IMG/VR virus record: IMGVR_UViG_3300046474_000239
Span: 1 to 64,000 of that record
Source of the DNA: a virus
DNA: 64,000 nucleotides
Direction: 5' to 3' (one strand)
The position numbers and the translations under genes are program-made. Under the pieces are notes generated by a model that did not search any database, had not been told where the DNA came from, and saw only the letters and a program-made list of their open reading frames with translations. Below, one piece after another: positions 52,356-63,479 of this stretch (within the stretch, counting starts at the first letter, position 1; the number at the start of each line of letters is the position of its first letter).

Positions 52356-55300
52356 ATGAACCCAGGAAACGGCTTTGTCCAGATTCGTTACGGCCTCGTA
52401 GAGCCGGGCGATAAGATCTACATCCCCACCATCGGCTCCCACGTAGAAGTGGAACAGGACTCGATTTTCCAGGGTTCCTCGGTTGCCGCCCACAAAGCGG
52501 TTTGGCGTGCGTCCCACAGGGTCAACGTCTCCCCCTCCTTTGCCAGCTCCACGGAGCGCTGCGACCACGTCAGCGAGCTGGACCATTGCGTTCTGCGCCA
52601 GGACGGCTACTACGACCTGCACCGCGTCGTGGTTGGCAAGGACAACGAGTTCGTCTACCTCCGCCCGGTGGCGCAGGCAGGGGCCTCGGGCCGGACCAGC
52701 ACCACCACCAACAAGGTCTGCCGCCGCACTGGCAAGGCCTGGAAGTGGGACGAGACGGGCTGGACCGGCATGCCGGGCACCGAGCTGCGGGCGGAGGGAG
52801 AGATAGGTTTCCGCGTGAGCGCCCCTACCGCAGACCCAGTACGCAGCTCCGCGTTTTACGGTGATTAAGATGACAGAACTTGAGTTTCGTAGGGTCTACG
52901 ACTTCAGGCTGGCTTACGACCTCCTGATGGGCTTTACAGCCCCGCGTATTTCAGGGTTTGGAGACCAAGACACCGCGCCAGACACTGACTCGGTGTTCTA
53001 CACCCAAGCGAGGGATCGCCTTGTATGGCTCTTACTATCGCCTTACGGCCTTACGGTAAGAACAAGCCACCTAGCATTGAGAGAGCTTTACGACTTGTAC
53101 GACGAAGCGTTACTGGCTGAGCTGCTCGTGCTGCGGGACATAGCACGGGAGGCTGCAAGACTGCGCCGCCAGGAGCGTGAAGAAATCACACCTGGTCGAC
53201 CCTTCGCCCCGCCCCAGTCGAGCCCGGACTTCCGCAGGGTGGACCAGCAGCGCCGGGAGGAAAACAGGCAGCTCCGGGCGGAGGTAGCCCGCACCCGCCG
53301 AGCCGCAGACCCACCCCAGATCCGCAGAGGTAACGAGCTGCCTACACGCGGTCAACCCGTACCACCTGTACCCGTCGAGGCGGTAGACGCTGACTACGTC
53401 AGCCCGCGCACCAGGGCCGGGCGGATAGCTCGCATTAACAGGCAGATCAACTCCCTGGAGCAGGAGCACGAGGAGGACTACTTGCTACCTCCAGCAGAGC
53501 GCGCTCGCCGGGCGGGCGAGATGGTGGACCGATTGACCGAGTTTGCTCAGCAGCTCGAAGACCTGGGACACGACAGCAGCAAGATGAGGAAGAAACAGTC
53601 CAAGACCAAGAAGGTGACCGAGAGGACCAAACCTGAACCGAAACCAAAGGTCATCAAACGTCGACTCACTGTCGGCAAGAAACGTCCATCAGTGCCGCCG
53701 CACCAAGAGTGACCGTGCGGTAAGCTGAACCCATAACCACGAGGAGCAACACCATGCCAGTAATGAACAACATCTCCGACGTGCTGACCTTCGTAGGCAG
53801 CCAGGACGCCCGCGCCGTGCCGATCAAGTTGCCTATCGGTTTCAACGAATGGAGCGAGGCCAGGAAGCAGCTCGAAGAAGACAACGCGGAGTTTTTCACC
53901 ACCGCCGACCCGGTCCCGGTTGACGCCCAGATTTGCGCGCTGTGGACCGAGAACGGCAAGCGCGGCTTCATGCTGGTCCAGGAAAACCCAAAGCGCTACA
54001 TCTGCACCAACTGGCTGAAGAACCTGGTACAGCGCCCGGTAGAAGCCCCGATCCCTAACCTGATGCGTCACCAGATGCGCCAGGCCTTCAAAGGGAGCAA
54101 GTGATGGATAAGCCAGACAATGCGGTCTTCGAGACCTTGGGTCAGGCCTTCTCCACGGTGGCCACCTGGTTCATCGACTTCCGCCACCAGCACGTACACG
54201 CGGGGCTCAGCCTGGTAAACCAGGGCGATGCCTCGGAAGGACAGCTCGTGCACTGGGTCTGCGTCGAGCACTCGGACAAGATCCTGTACACCATCGCCCG
54301 CATTACGCCGATCAGCATGCCGCCGCTCGACGGGAGGGAGCGCTGGAACTGGCGAGTGGAGTTCCGTCAGCCCGGCGAGATCATCTCTCTGGTATTCGAT
54401 AACTACGCCCGCGCCTGCGGCCGGGAGCGGTACACCCGCAACGAGGCTATCCAGGCCTTCGAGGACCACAACCAGGAGTTCCACCCAGGTGCAACGCTTA
54501 GTTTCACCGCCTCTGCACCGGGGCGCACAGTGGTACGGCGGAAAGCTGACGAAGGGGCATGGCAGGTGGTTTGCGGGGTGATCCTCGACGAAGCCGTCAT
54601 CCAAGGCCTCAAGATAACCAAGCACCCCCAGCGCGGGATCTTCGAGAAGGCCTTTGGCATCGACATCATAGGGTGAACCATGCAAGCGATTAAGCGAGCG
54701 TTGCAGCGTCTCAGGCTGGCCCTGGCGCCGGTCAAGCCTGTGAACAAGGTGGGCAAGCTGGGCCTGTGGGAGCGGGGCGAGGTGATGGACTACGGGGACT
54801 GCTTCGTAGCCCACATCACGGTCAATGGCACCCCAGGGGCGGTTATGGTGCGAGCCCCCACCAAGGCCTCAGCCGCAGCCCGCCGCGACCTGATAGTCCA
54901 GACGATGATGCAGGAATCCCGCGAAGAGGCGGCGGTGCAATTGATTGCACGAACCTCCGGCGACGAGACCGTAAACCTGGTGAAGTCAAGTCAGTGAACA
55001 TGGGCGCGCGGGCGTCTATTAGGTAAACTTCTTGGTATGTTCACCACAACAATTCAGAGGAAAGACCATGGACCCCAAGGCCCGTCTTGAGAAGAACTTC
55101 GCATCTGCCATCGTGGGGATGATGGACCGCAGCTACTTTCCATCCACCCTGCTTTGGGTAGAAACCAACAACCCTCGCGTGCGCGGCGTCGACCGGGACT
55201 GGCAAGTCTTCCTGCATGGCGTGGAGAACGGGGCCAAGGCCTCCCTTGAGCGGATACAGCCCACGATTGAGCGTGGCGAAGACGCCGTTGTAAAGTGCTT

Positions 55301-56549
55301 CACGCACCTGGAAAACGCCCTGGCCAAGAGCGATGACCTGAGCGTTGGCGCCTTGGAGGACTTACTGGCTGCCCGCAACGTGATGACCGAGTACACCCAG
55401 TTCGTCTGGAAGGGCTTCTACAACGCGCTGAAGGACTGGGCATCGGGTGTACTGGGCCTACAGGTTGATCGCCTGGGAGCGAGCGCTGAGACGGAGACTG
55501 CCGCCCTGGCTGCGATTCTCATGGGCATACTTCAGCAAGACGCCTACCACCCGTTCTTCGGATGGGCGCTGGCCACTTACAAGGATCGCCGCGACATCCA
55601 CATCTCGGATCTGCGGGAGGTGACGGTCCAGTACTTGCGCACGCCTCCTACCGATAAGGAGATGTTGGACCTGCTCAACGCCATGAACGTACAGTCGGCG
55701 GTAGGCCAGTACCTGAAGTGGGCTCGCCTGGAGTACAAGGAGGTGAAACAGAAAGTTATGGAGAAAAGCCATGGCATGACTCTGCCGAGGGCGGAGCTGT
55801 CTGAGTGGATCGCGACGGCGCTGTTCAACGAGGGCGAGGATGATGACGACGAGTAAACGCGATAACCCTTGCAACGACCTTGACGACACAGTCAAGGAGA
55901 TCCCCGAGTTCATTGACTTGGCGCGGGAGGTGTTGAAGGGGTGGGAGGCAGGTAAGACCTTCTTGCTACCCACCGTTGCAAAGGGCCTGCGTGACGCCTA
56001 CGAGATGGGCCGCAAGGGCAAGCGACCGAAGGTCAAAGCTCGGGAGGAAGAACCCGAGGAAGAAGAGCAACCGACCCCGGCAGTGCGTCGAGTACGGCGA
56101 ACCCGGTAACCCATTGACAGGAGACACCCATGAGCAATGAGCAAGAGTATTCCCAGGTCCTGGCAGCGTTCGCGCCAGCAGACCGCCATGTACACGGATC
56201 GGGCGCCCTCCTGGATGCAGTATGCCGCTACATGGATACCGGCCTCCCCGACGTGGCCTACGCCCTGGCCAAGTCCGGCTCGTCCATCATGCAGCACGAC
56301 GACGCCTTCGACTTCGAGAACAAGGACTGGACGGACATCTACCTGGAAGCCTTCCGCCGCGCCTTCTTCGACAAGGAGACCGCCCCGGACTTCGGTTGCG
56401 AGCACATCGCCAACAACCCGTCGATGCTGAAGATGGTCTCGGTCGAGCTGATCACCGAAGCGCTGTCGATCAAGGCTGTCGACGTGATGGACCCGAACGA
56501 CCTTCCGGCAAACGTCTGCCTCTTCCCCGCCGTACGCACCAGACAGTGA
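52356..56549 (+). other. Hypothetical CDS cluster (52356-52868, 52870-53712, 53754-54104, 54101-54676, 54680-54997, 55068-55856, 55840-56109, 56130-56549)
   Basis: Contiguous ORFs with RBSs; no recognised motifs. Confidence 0.7.
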
Positions 56550-56556
56550 GGTCACC

Positions 56557-57606
56557 ATGGGCGTCCTGAATCCAACCCGCACGAGACTTTCGCCGCACTT
56601 CCTCCTGTCGGACATGATGGGCTGCAACTCGGTCTACGCCGAGGGATACCCCAACGTGTTCAACAAGCAAGCCGGGTTCGACGAGCGCCTGGCAAACGGT
56701 AAAGCGCTGTGCGAGAACGCCCTGGAGCCTATCCTGGCGCTGATCGGACCCATCTCAATTTCCTACGGGTTCATCTCGCCCTCGCTGTCCGACAAGATCG
56801 TCAAGTACCAGGACCCGCGCAAGCCAAGCCATCATCGGTGGGACTTGGGTGCAGCCGTAGACATCTGCCCGCATGCCTGGGTGCAGCTTCTGACCCCGGA
56901 CGCCAACGTGGGCGGAGACTCACCAATCAGCTTCGCGCTGAACCACCTCCAGGACCTACAACTGAGCCGACTGATTACCTACAGCGAATCGCCCTACATC
57001 TGCATCGCCGTGAGCGACGAAGAAGTGCGCACCGGCAAGCCGCGTATGGCCTGGTACGAAAACCGGTACACCGGCAAGTCTGGGGTGAAGCCCGACTACC
57101 GCAAGTACCCGAACCAGGGAGCCCGCGACCGTGCGCTTGCCAGGCTCCTGGAAGACGGTATGGACTTCGACTGGGTAGGCAAGGGCTTCCCCACGTACCA
57201 CGGCGGCGGGCGGAAGCAGATGCACCACATTCGCACCTCGAAGTACACCATGATGACCGACTGGCTGTACGACGAAGAGTGGGTCACCGAAGGAGTGAAG
57301 AACGTCCCCAGCGTGCTTGACCCTGCGGTATTGGAGGCCTTCAGCCTGGCCGGTGAGGTCTATGACAAGCTGATCGAGATCACAGGTTTGCCGCGCTTCA
57401 GCATCGTCTCCGGTTACACTTCTCCGCGTAGCGCCGGATGGATCCCCAACCACGACTGGCGCGGCGACACCATTGAGTTCGAGCTGGTCCCACCCGAGTA
57501 CAAGAAGCCGGAGGAGATTATCCTGTCGGTACTGTTCGGGGGCTGGCCGAAAGACACCTACATCAAGGCGGTAGATGACCGCCTACTGATCACCATCGAG
57601 CGATAG
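56557..57606 (+). CDS. Peptidase M15-like (LAS fold) protein with a degenerate second domain
   Basis: RLSPHF.L.D, LEP., ISYGF, SHH..D.GAAVDI; second IVSGY segment. Confidence 0.6.
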   Translation: MGVLNPTRTRLSPHFLLSDMMGCNSVYAEGYPNVFNKQAGFDERLANGKALCENALEPILALIGPISISYGFISPSLSDKIVKYQDPRKPSHHRWDLGAAVDICPHAWVQLLTPDANVGGDSPISFALNHLQDLQLSRLITYSESPYICIAVSDEEVRTGKPRMAWYENRYTGKSGVKPDYRKYPNQGARDRALARLLEDGMDFDWVGKGFPTYHGGGRKQMHHIRTSKYTMMTDWLYDEEWVTEGVKNVPSVLDPAVLEAFSLAGEVYDKLIEITGLPRFSIVSGYTSPRSAGWIPNHDWRGDTIEFELVPPEYKKPEEIILSVLFGGWPKDTYIKAVDDRLLITIER

Positions 57607-57608
57607 CC

Positions 57609-58484
57609 ATGGTCAATTTACGTGAAGCACGCAGGCTCCTGGCAGGCACCAAGAAGCCAGAGAAACCTGTAGAAGAAACCAAGGCCGAGATCAAGACAGC
57701 GGTCGCGGTGGCCGGTGCAGGAGTCTCCGTACTGAACTCCATGGTGCAGGCACGGATGAGTGAGCAGCTCATGGCCAACATAGACGACTGGGTACTCAAC
57801 GGCGGCCAGAACGACACACCGCGCAACGTGAACCTACAGGACTGGAACCAGCTCTTGAGTGAGCCCTCGCTGATAGCGCAACTGCAACAGATTGAGGTCA
57901 CATCACTCTCCAACCCGCCGATCATTCAGCAGCTAGCGAACCGTGTGATGGGGTTCGACCCCGCGCAGCCGGGCAGCGAGCGGACGGTAGTACGGGTACA
58001 CACCACCAACACGCTGGCGCGGGCGATGGAGTCGGCTAGGTCGACCCTGACGGAGACCGCCGTAGAGGTGCAGGTCAGGCACATAGGCAGGATCAACGGG
58101 TTGCTGGACCAGTTCAATACCAAGTCCGAGCAGGCGCTACGCAGGGAAGGGATCACCAACGGCGGGGCGGGCGTACGCCCAAGGGACATGGTGCCCGGTA
58201 ACAACGACCTGAGCAGCTTCTTCAGGCGCGAGGGTGGCCCGGACCACGTCGAGTCGATCCAGGCCGTTGTCTACTGGGGCTACGGAGACAGGCGTATCTG
58301 CATCATGGAGTGCACGATGGACGTGTATAACCCCCATCGAGGGACTGATACGAACCAGGCGCTACTGGCCTTCAAGGTTCGCGATACTCAGAACTTCGGC
58401 ATACAGCCCTTTCGCGGGTCGGCCAACTACAACGAGACGGTAGGATTCTTCATCTACCAGGCCCAGCAGGGAGGGCGCCTATGA
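57609..58484 (+). CDS. Hypothetical protein
   Basis: 291-aa ORF, operonic. Confidence 0.7.
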   Translation: MVNLREARRLLAGTKKPEKPVEETKAEIKTAVAVAGAGVSVLNSMVQARMSEQLMANIDDWVLNGGQNDTPRNVNLQDWNQLLSEPSLIAQLQQIEVTSLSNPPIIQQLANRVMGFDPAQPGSERTVVRVHTTNTLARAMESARSTLTETAVEVQVRHIGRINGLLDQFNTKSEQALRREGITNGGAGVRPRDMVPGNNDLSSFFRREGGPDHVESIQAVVYWGYGDRRICIMECTMDVYNPHRGTDTNQALLAFKVRDTQNFGIQPFRGSANYNETVGFFIYQAQQGGRL

Positions 58485-58846
58485 TCAACCAGGAGCGCAA
58501 GAAGTTCGCACTCGCCCAGGCACGGAAGCCAAGCGATACCGGTGCAGCAAGGACTTTGGCCAGAACGGTTTTAGTTCATGCACCGAACGAGACTGGGTAC
58601 TGCTATATTGCATTCAGCGAGGAGTTCCTCGCGTTCGTAGCGAGGGAGCTACCTCGGGGCCTGGCCCCATTTGATCCGGCGTTTATCCGGGTGAGTCACC
58701 TCGGCGACCTCTGGCAAGTCGAGGCGGTGTATGTACAAGACGGCACCAGCGAGATCCTTTGGCGCACGCCAGAGATCCCGAAGTGGGTGGGAAAACTGAG
58801 GAAGGAGAAGGTCGATGGCAGTGATACGGAGGCAACGAACGACTGA
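58481..58846 (+). CDS. Hypothetical protein
   Basis: ATGA coupling, GGAGG RBS. Confidence 0.65.
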   Translation: MINQERKKFALAQARKPSDTGAARTLARTVLVHAPNETGYCYIAFSEEFLAFVARELPRGLAPFDPAFIRVSHLGDLWQVEAVYVQDGTSEILWRTPEIPKWVGKLRKEKVDGSDTEATND

Positions 58847-59252
58847 CTGGGACAAGACCCCAGCGGAACCGGTCAGGATCGTGGAGCCCGAGCGCCGGGC
58901 GGCGGTAGAGGATGAAGATGACGAGGAGGGAGGCGACCGCAGCTCCCGCGCCGCGTCAGGCCGAGTCGACTATCAGGCAGTATGCGAACGCTTCACAGCC
59001 GGTGTGACGAACCGGAAGACAGCCATCCGTGCAATGTGCGTCACCTGCATGGGCGGCATGGTCTACGAGGTCGCCAAGTGCACCTCGAACACTTGCCCTC
59101 TGTTCGAGTACCGGATGGGTGAGAACCCGAACGACGCTCGCACCATTGCGGCGAAACTGAAACGCGAGGCCGAGGCAGCCGCCAAAGCCACACCAAAGGC
59201 AGCGTCCAAACCGCCAGCGGCGGGACGGACAACACGACGTACAAGAGGATAA
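58815..59252 (+). CDS. Putative Zn-binding protein
   Basis: AIRAMCVTCMGG...C....CPLFEYR.G. Confidence 0.7.
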   Translation: MAVIRRQRTTDWDKTPAEPVRIVEPERRAAVEDEDDEEGGDRSSRAASGRVDYQAVCERFTAGVTNRKTAIRAMCVTCMGGMVYEVAKCTSNTCPLFEYRMGENPNDARTIAAKLKREAEAAAKATPKAASKPPAAGRTTRRTRG

Positions 59253-59256
59253 GGAA

Positions 59257-59922
59257 ATGGCACAAATTGTGGCGCTCCACTCACTGCCGAGAGCAGGAAA
59301 GGACACCTTGGCTGGGCTGCTGGTCGAGAAGTACGACTACACCCGCGTGGCGTTCGCGACGGCCCTTTACCGGGAGGTGAGTGAAGCCTTTGACGCGAGC
59401 GTTGAGCTACTTCAGTCGCATGATTGGAAGACCCGCCCCCAGAAGTCACTTGCGTTGCTGAATTGCTCAGACCGCGACTTCGTCCGGGTGGCTCTAAGCC
59501 ACGGCGTAGCCATCGGGGAGCCTCTCACCTCCCGCCAGGTACTTCAGTTCTGGGGCACGGAGTATCGCCGCCGCCAGGACAAGGAATACTGGATAGACCA
59601 GTTCGACGAGGAGCTGACTCGGCTGTACGAAGAAGGCAGACGCCTTTTCGTCGTGTCGGACACTCGCGCCTACAACGACGAGAGTGGGCAGCCGCTGTAC
59701 AACGAAGCCGAGTACATCCTCCAGCGCTGCATCGAGCTGGGTGTCGGCTACGCCATGGTGGAGATCCTTCGGGAGGGGGTGGTACACACCGGCCACACCA
59801 GCGACGACCGCTTCCCGGACGACTTCATCACCAACACCGTACACAACAACGGCGACCCTGTGGACATGCTGCCGCAGATCGCTCCCTTCATCGCAGGCAC
59901 ACCTGAGTACAACCCGGAGTAA
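59257..59922 (+). CDS. Deoxynucleoside monophosphate kinase
   Basis: P-loop RAGKDT, AFA..L, RQVLQFWGTE..R, VSDTR...NE. Confidence 0.85.
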   Translation: MAQIVALHSLPRAGKDTLAGLLVEKYDYTRVAFATALYREVSEAFDASVELLQSHDWKTRPQKSLALLNCSDRDFVRVALSHGVAIGEPLTSRQVLQFWGTEYRRRQDKEYWIDQFDEELTRLYEEGRRLFVVSDTRAYNDESGQPLYNEAEYILQRCIELGVGYAMVEILREGVVHTGHTSDDRFPDDFITNTVHNNGDPVDMLPQIAPFIAGTPEYNPE

Positions 59923-59928
59923 GAGCAC

Positions 59929-60804
59929 ATGAATATCCACTCGAAGACCTTCTTCACTGGCGACACCCTGGAGCGCCTCGCGGGTGTATCGCGGATGATG
60001 GTGGAATTGCAGAATAAGCAAAACGTGATCGTGAACCCGCAGTGGCACACCGCAGGGTATCCGTTCATGCGGGCGGCCTGGACCGAAGCCAGCGAGGCAA
60101 TGGGTCACACCACCTGGGAATGGTGGAAGAACCTGGACAACAACTACCACGATGCGTTCCGTGAGGAGAAGGACATCGCAGAGTTCCACATGGAGCTGGT
60201 CGACGCCCTGCACTTCCTGATCAGTGACCACCTGCAAAGCTACATGCACAGTGACCCGGTTCACCCCTTTGCCTTGAACAACGCCGCGCAAAGCCTGATG
60301 ACCATGCTGGACAGAGGCTACGAGAAGCACGTCGATGATTCCTGGGTCGAGCGCTTCGCCCCGATGGACGAAACGCCATCCAAACTGGGCACCCCGGAGC
60401 AGACTCTGCGCCGCACTGAGGCACTCATCTCGGCTTGCCTGGATACCGACACCCGGAGTGCCTTCGAGCTGCTGGTCGAGGTGGCAGAACACACCGAGCT
60501 GGGTCTGGTTGGCTTGATCGGGCGGTACTTCGCCAAGGCCACCTTGAACCAGCACCGCTGGGCCAACGGCTACAAGGAAAAGACCTATATCAAGAACTGG
60601 GGTGACGGTAAGGAAGACAATACTTACCTGAACGAAATCGTCATCAACCAGCTCGAAGGCTTGTCGCTGGAGGACCTGCTCGAAGCGTTGAACCTCGGCG
60701 TTTGGCAAGCAGAGCTGGCGGAAGAATTAAACGACCTGTATGACAACGTGAAACGGACTGGCCACGCCCACCACCGGGCGGTTATGGTGCGATCCCCGTC
60801 CTAG
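59929..60804 (+). CDS. Dimeric (all-alpha) dUTPase
   Basis: E..E......W.WWK, ELVD.LHF, Y..K..LN..R...GY. Confidence 0.85.
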   Translation: MNIHSKTFFTGDTLERLAGVSRMMVELQNKQNVIVNPQWHTAGYPFMRAAWTEASEAMGHTTWEWWKNLDNNYHDAFREEKDIAEFHMELVDALHFLISDHLQSYMHSDPVHPFALNNAAQSLMTMLDRGYEKHVDDSWVERFAPMDETPSKLGTPEQTLRRTEALISACLDTDTRSAFELLVEVAEHTELGLVGLIGRYFAKATLNQHRWANGYKEKTYIKNWGDGKEDNTYLNEIVINQLEGLSLEDLLEALNLGVWQAELAEELNDLYDNVKRTGHAHHRAVMVRSPS

Positions 60805-60823
60805 CCGTGCAATTGATTGCACC

Positions 60824-60855
60824 AGACCCCGCCTAACCAGCGGGGTTTTTCTTTG
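60824..60855 (+). terminator. Intrinsic terminator
   Basis: AGACCCCGC-ctaacca-GCGGGGTTT then TTCTTT, directly after a 16-mer copy. Confidence 0.8.
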
Positions 60856-60910
60856 CCTGAAGATAAGTTTGTGTTGTAAGCTCGCGCCAGTTCGGTATGG
60901 GAGATGCAAG

Positions 60911-61270
60911 ATGAACGAGAACGAAGAAAGGACGCTCAAAGCAGAGGTCGTCCAGGTGTTCTCGGCAGATGATTTGATCGTTTTGGTGGACCTCGGCGTA
61001 GAGAACCTTTTCAAGAAACAGCGGGTTCGATTGCACGGAGTAGATGCCCCAAACGCGGTCAGGTCTGGACCCGAGACCACCGCTGGAAAATTACGCTCTT
61101 ATGTCAAGTCGCTGTGCAAGGGCAAGACGCTGAGGTTGGAGATCAAAAGTCGCGGGGTCAGTAGCTGGGTGGTAGTTGCCTGGGTGATCAACGATGACGG
61201 TCTTGAAAAGAATCTGAACGAGGACCTGATGGCTCAGGGCTTCGCCTACAAACGGGAGAACAGCGCATGA
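60911..61270 (+). CDS. Thermonuclease (SNase)-like protein, degenerate active site
   Basis: VDLG, RVRLHGVDAP, NLN..L...G.A. Confidence 0.7.
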   Translation: MNENEERTLKAEVVQVFSADDLIVLVDLGVENLFKKQRVRLHGVDAPNAVRSGPETTAGKLRSYVKSLCKGKTLRLEIKSRGVSSWVVVAWVINDDGLEKNLNEDLMAQGFAYKRENSA

Positions 61271-62877
61271 GCACCCTCAGTTCCACTCGACGCATCACCC
61301 GGTCCCGTTTGCGCGGCAGCCCGGAGGTAGAGGCCAGGTCCACTATCATCCAGGTTCAGCGGGCGGAGTCCGACACCTCCCAACAACTTGAGTACATCGA
61401 CGAGTTCGCTCTGGCCTATGGCTCGGGTGACTTCATCCTCCCACCTCCCTATGCCATCCACCGCCTGTTCGAGGTAATCGAGAACTCGAACGCATTGCGT
61501 CCGTGCATTGACGCCTACGTGACCAACGTGGTCCGCCCAGGCTGGGAGATCGCACCGATCCGCCGCGATGCAAAGATCAACGAAGGTGAGAAGGCCGAGA
61601 CCCAGTCCTTTCTGGAGAACGCCAACGCCGAAGAAGATCTGCCGACCGTTATGGCCAAGGTGATCCGCGACCGCGAGTCGGTAGGCTTCGGCTTCCTGGA
61701 AGTGATCCGCGACGTGTCCAGCGAGCTGTCCCTCCTGCGCCACGCACCAGCGATCATCACCCGGCTGTGCCCGAAGCATAAGACTGAGGTCCTGGTCGAA
61801 TACACCATCCCTCGTGGTCGCCGTGTCAGCACCGTGAAAGAGTTACGCAAGTTCCGCCGCTTCCAGCAGCGCGTTATGGGTGCGGTCGTGTACTTCAAAG
61901 AGTTCGGTGACCCTCGCGACATGAACCGGAAGACTGGCCTGTTCCCGGAAGACGCGGGCTATGAGCCAGGCAACAGTGCCACCGAGATCATCCACTTCAA
62001 GCTGCCGTCGAATGAACCCTACGGCGTGCCTCGGTGGATCAACCAGTTGCCTTCGATCATTGGCAGCCGGGAGTCGGAAGAAGTGAACATGCGCTACTTC
62101 CAGGACAACACCGTGCCACCGATGATGCTGACGGTCGCGGGCGGCAAGCTGACGAACCAGTCCTACAAAGAGCTGACCAACATGCTCTCCAAAGGCGACG
62201 TAGGTAAGAACCGCCAGAACCGCATCATGTTGGTGGAAGCAGTAGGCGTCAGCGACAGCATGGACGGCAACGGCACCCCGGTGCAGCTCAAAGTCGAGAA
62301 GCTGACCGACTCCCGCCAAAGCGATGCACTGTTCAAAGAGTACGACCAAGCCAACATGGCCAAAGTTCGGTCGGCCTGGCGTCTTGGTTCCGTCCTGGTC
62401 GGCATGGGCGCCGACGCTAACTATGCGAACTCCCAAGTGGCTGTAGCACTCGCGGAGTCCCAAGTATTCGGCCCTGACCGGTCGGAGCTGGACGAGATCC
62501 TGAACAAGAAGGTCTTCATCGGTGCCAACGGCATGAAGATGAAGTCTGTCCGCATCGTCAGCCGCGTACCCGCGATCACCTCGCCGGAGACCACCATCAA
62601 GGCGTTGACCGCGCTGAACGTGATGGGCGCCGTGACCCCACGCACCGCAGTAGAGTCGGCGAACACCTTCCTGCAAGCCGAGCTGCCTGAGTACCCACAA
62701 CCGGGCGAAGCAGGCTACCAAGAGTGGATGGACCAACCTCTCCAGTTGACTACCGGGGCGGCCAAGACCCACGACGAACAGGCTGCCAAGGACCAGGAAG
62801 CGAAGGACCTCGAAGCCAGTGGCGACACGAGCCTCAAGCAGCCTGAACATGGCAAGGAAGGGGAGATTCTCAAATGA
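61267..62877 (+). CDS. Portal protein (PBSX/XkdE-like)
   Basis: I.PPY....L, D.E..G.GFLEV.R, EIIHFK, YGVPRW, N..YF.....P, D..F..Y. Confidence 0.85.
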   Translation: MSTLSSTRRITRSRLRGSPEVEARSTIIQVQRAESDTSQQLEYIDEFALAYGSGDFILPPPYAIHRLFEVIENSNALRPCIDAYVTNVVRPGWEIAPIRRDAKINEGEKAETQSFLENANAEEDLPTVMAKVIRDRESVGFGFLEVIRDVSSELSLLRHAPAIITRLCPKHKTEVLVEYTIPRGRRVSTVKELRKFRRFQQRVMGAVVYFKEFGDPRDMNRKTGLFPEDAGYEPGNSATEIIHFKLPSNEPYGVPRWINQLPSIIGSRESEEVNMRYFQDNTVPPMMLTVAGGKLTNQSYKELTNMLSKGDVGKNRQNRIMLVEAVGVSDSMDGNGTPVQLKVEKLTDSRQSDALFKEYDQANMAKVRSAWRLGSVLVGMGADANYANSQVAVALAESQVFGPDRSELDEILNKKVFIGANGMKMKSVRIVSRVPAITSPETTIKALTALNVMGAVTPRTAVESANTFLQAELPEYPQPGEAGYQEWMDQPLQLTTGAAKTHDEQAAKDQEAKDLEASGDTSLKQPEHGKEGEILK

Positions 62878-63479
62878 CCGCCCAAGTCCGCATCGTCCAG
62901 CGAGATGATCGGCAGTTCGAGCAGGTAGTATTGGCCGAGCTGCTGGTCCCCTACGTGCCGAACTCCTACGGTGATGTCTACACCCCGGAGGCCATCAAGG
63001 AGTTCTGCTACACCTTCAGCCAGAAAGGCTTTGGCCTGGACGTTGACCACGACGGGGTGGACGTTGACGGTAAGCAGTACATCTTGGTCGAGAGCTTCAT
63101 CGCCCGCTCCGGGGACCCAGACTTCATCGAAGGGTCCTGGGTTGTGGGAGCGAAGATCCTGGACGCAGCCCTGTGGCAGCGCATCCTGGACGGCGAGATC
63201 AACGGGTTCTCCTTCGAGGCCAGCGTGTTCATGATCCCGGTTAACCTGGAGTACGACACCGATACATGGATCGTCTCCGGGCTGACCGAACCTGATCCTT
63301 TTGATGGACATACACACACATATACGGTAGTTCTAGGACCCTTGAACGGAGTAATCTCTGGTGGTACAGGGGTAACGGACGGGCACTCGCACTCGATCAC
63401 GGGCGCCACGGTGACCGGAGAAGCTGCCGGACACACTCACCGCTACCAAGTAATTGAGGACGAGGACGATGAGATCTAA
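62874..63479 (+). CDS. XkdF-like prohead protease domain with a His-rich C-terminal module
   Basis: YGD......I, DVDHD, VESFIA, GSWV, W..I..GEINGFS; DGHTH/DGHSH/AGHTH. Confidence 0.75.
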   Translation: MTAQVRIVQRDDRQFEQVVLAELLVPYVPNSYGDVYTPEAIKEFCYTFSQKGFGLDVDHDGVDVDGKQYILVESFIARSGDPDFIEGSWVVGAKILDAALWQRILDGEINGFSFEASVFMIPVNLEYDTDTWIVSGLTEPDPFDGHTHTYTVVLGPLNGVISGGTGVTDGHSHSITGATVTGEAAGHTHRYQVIEDEDDEI

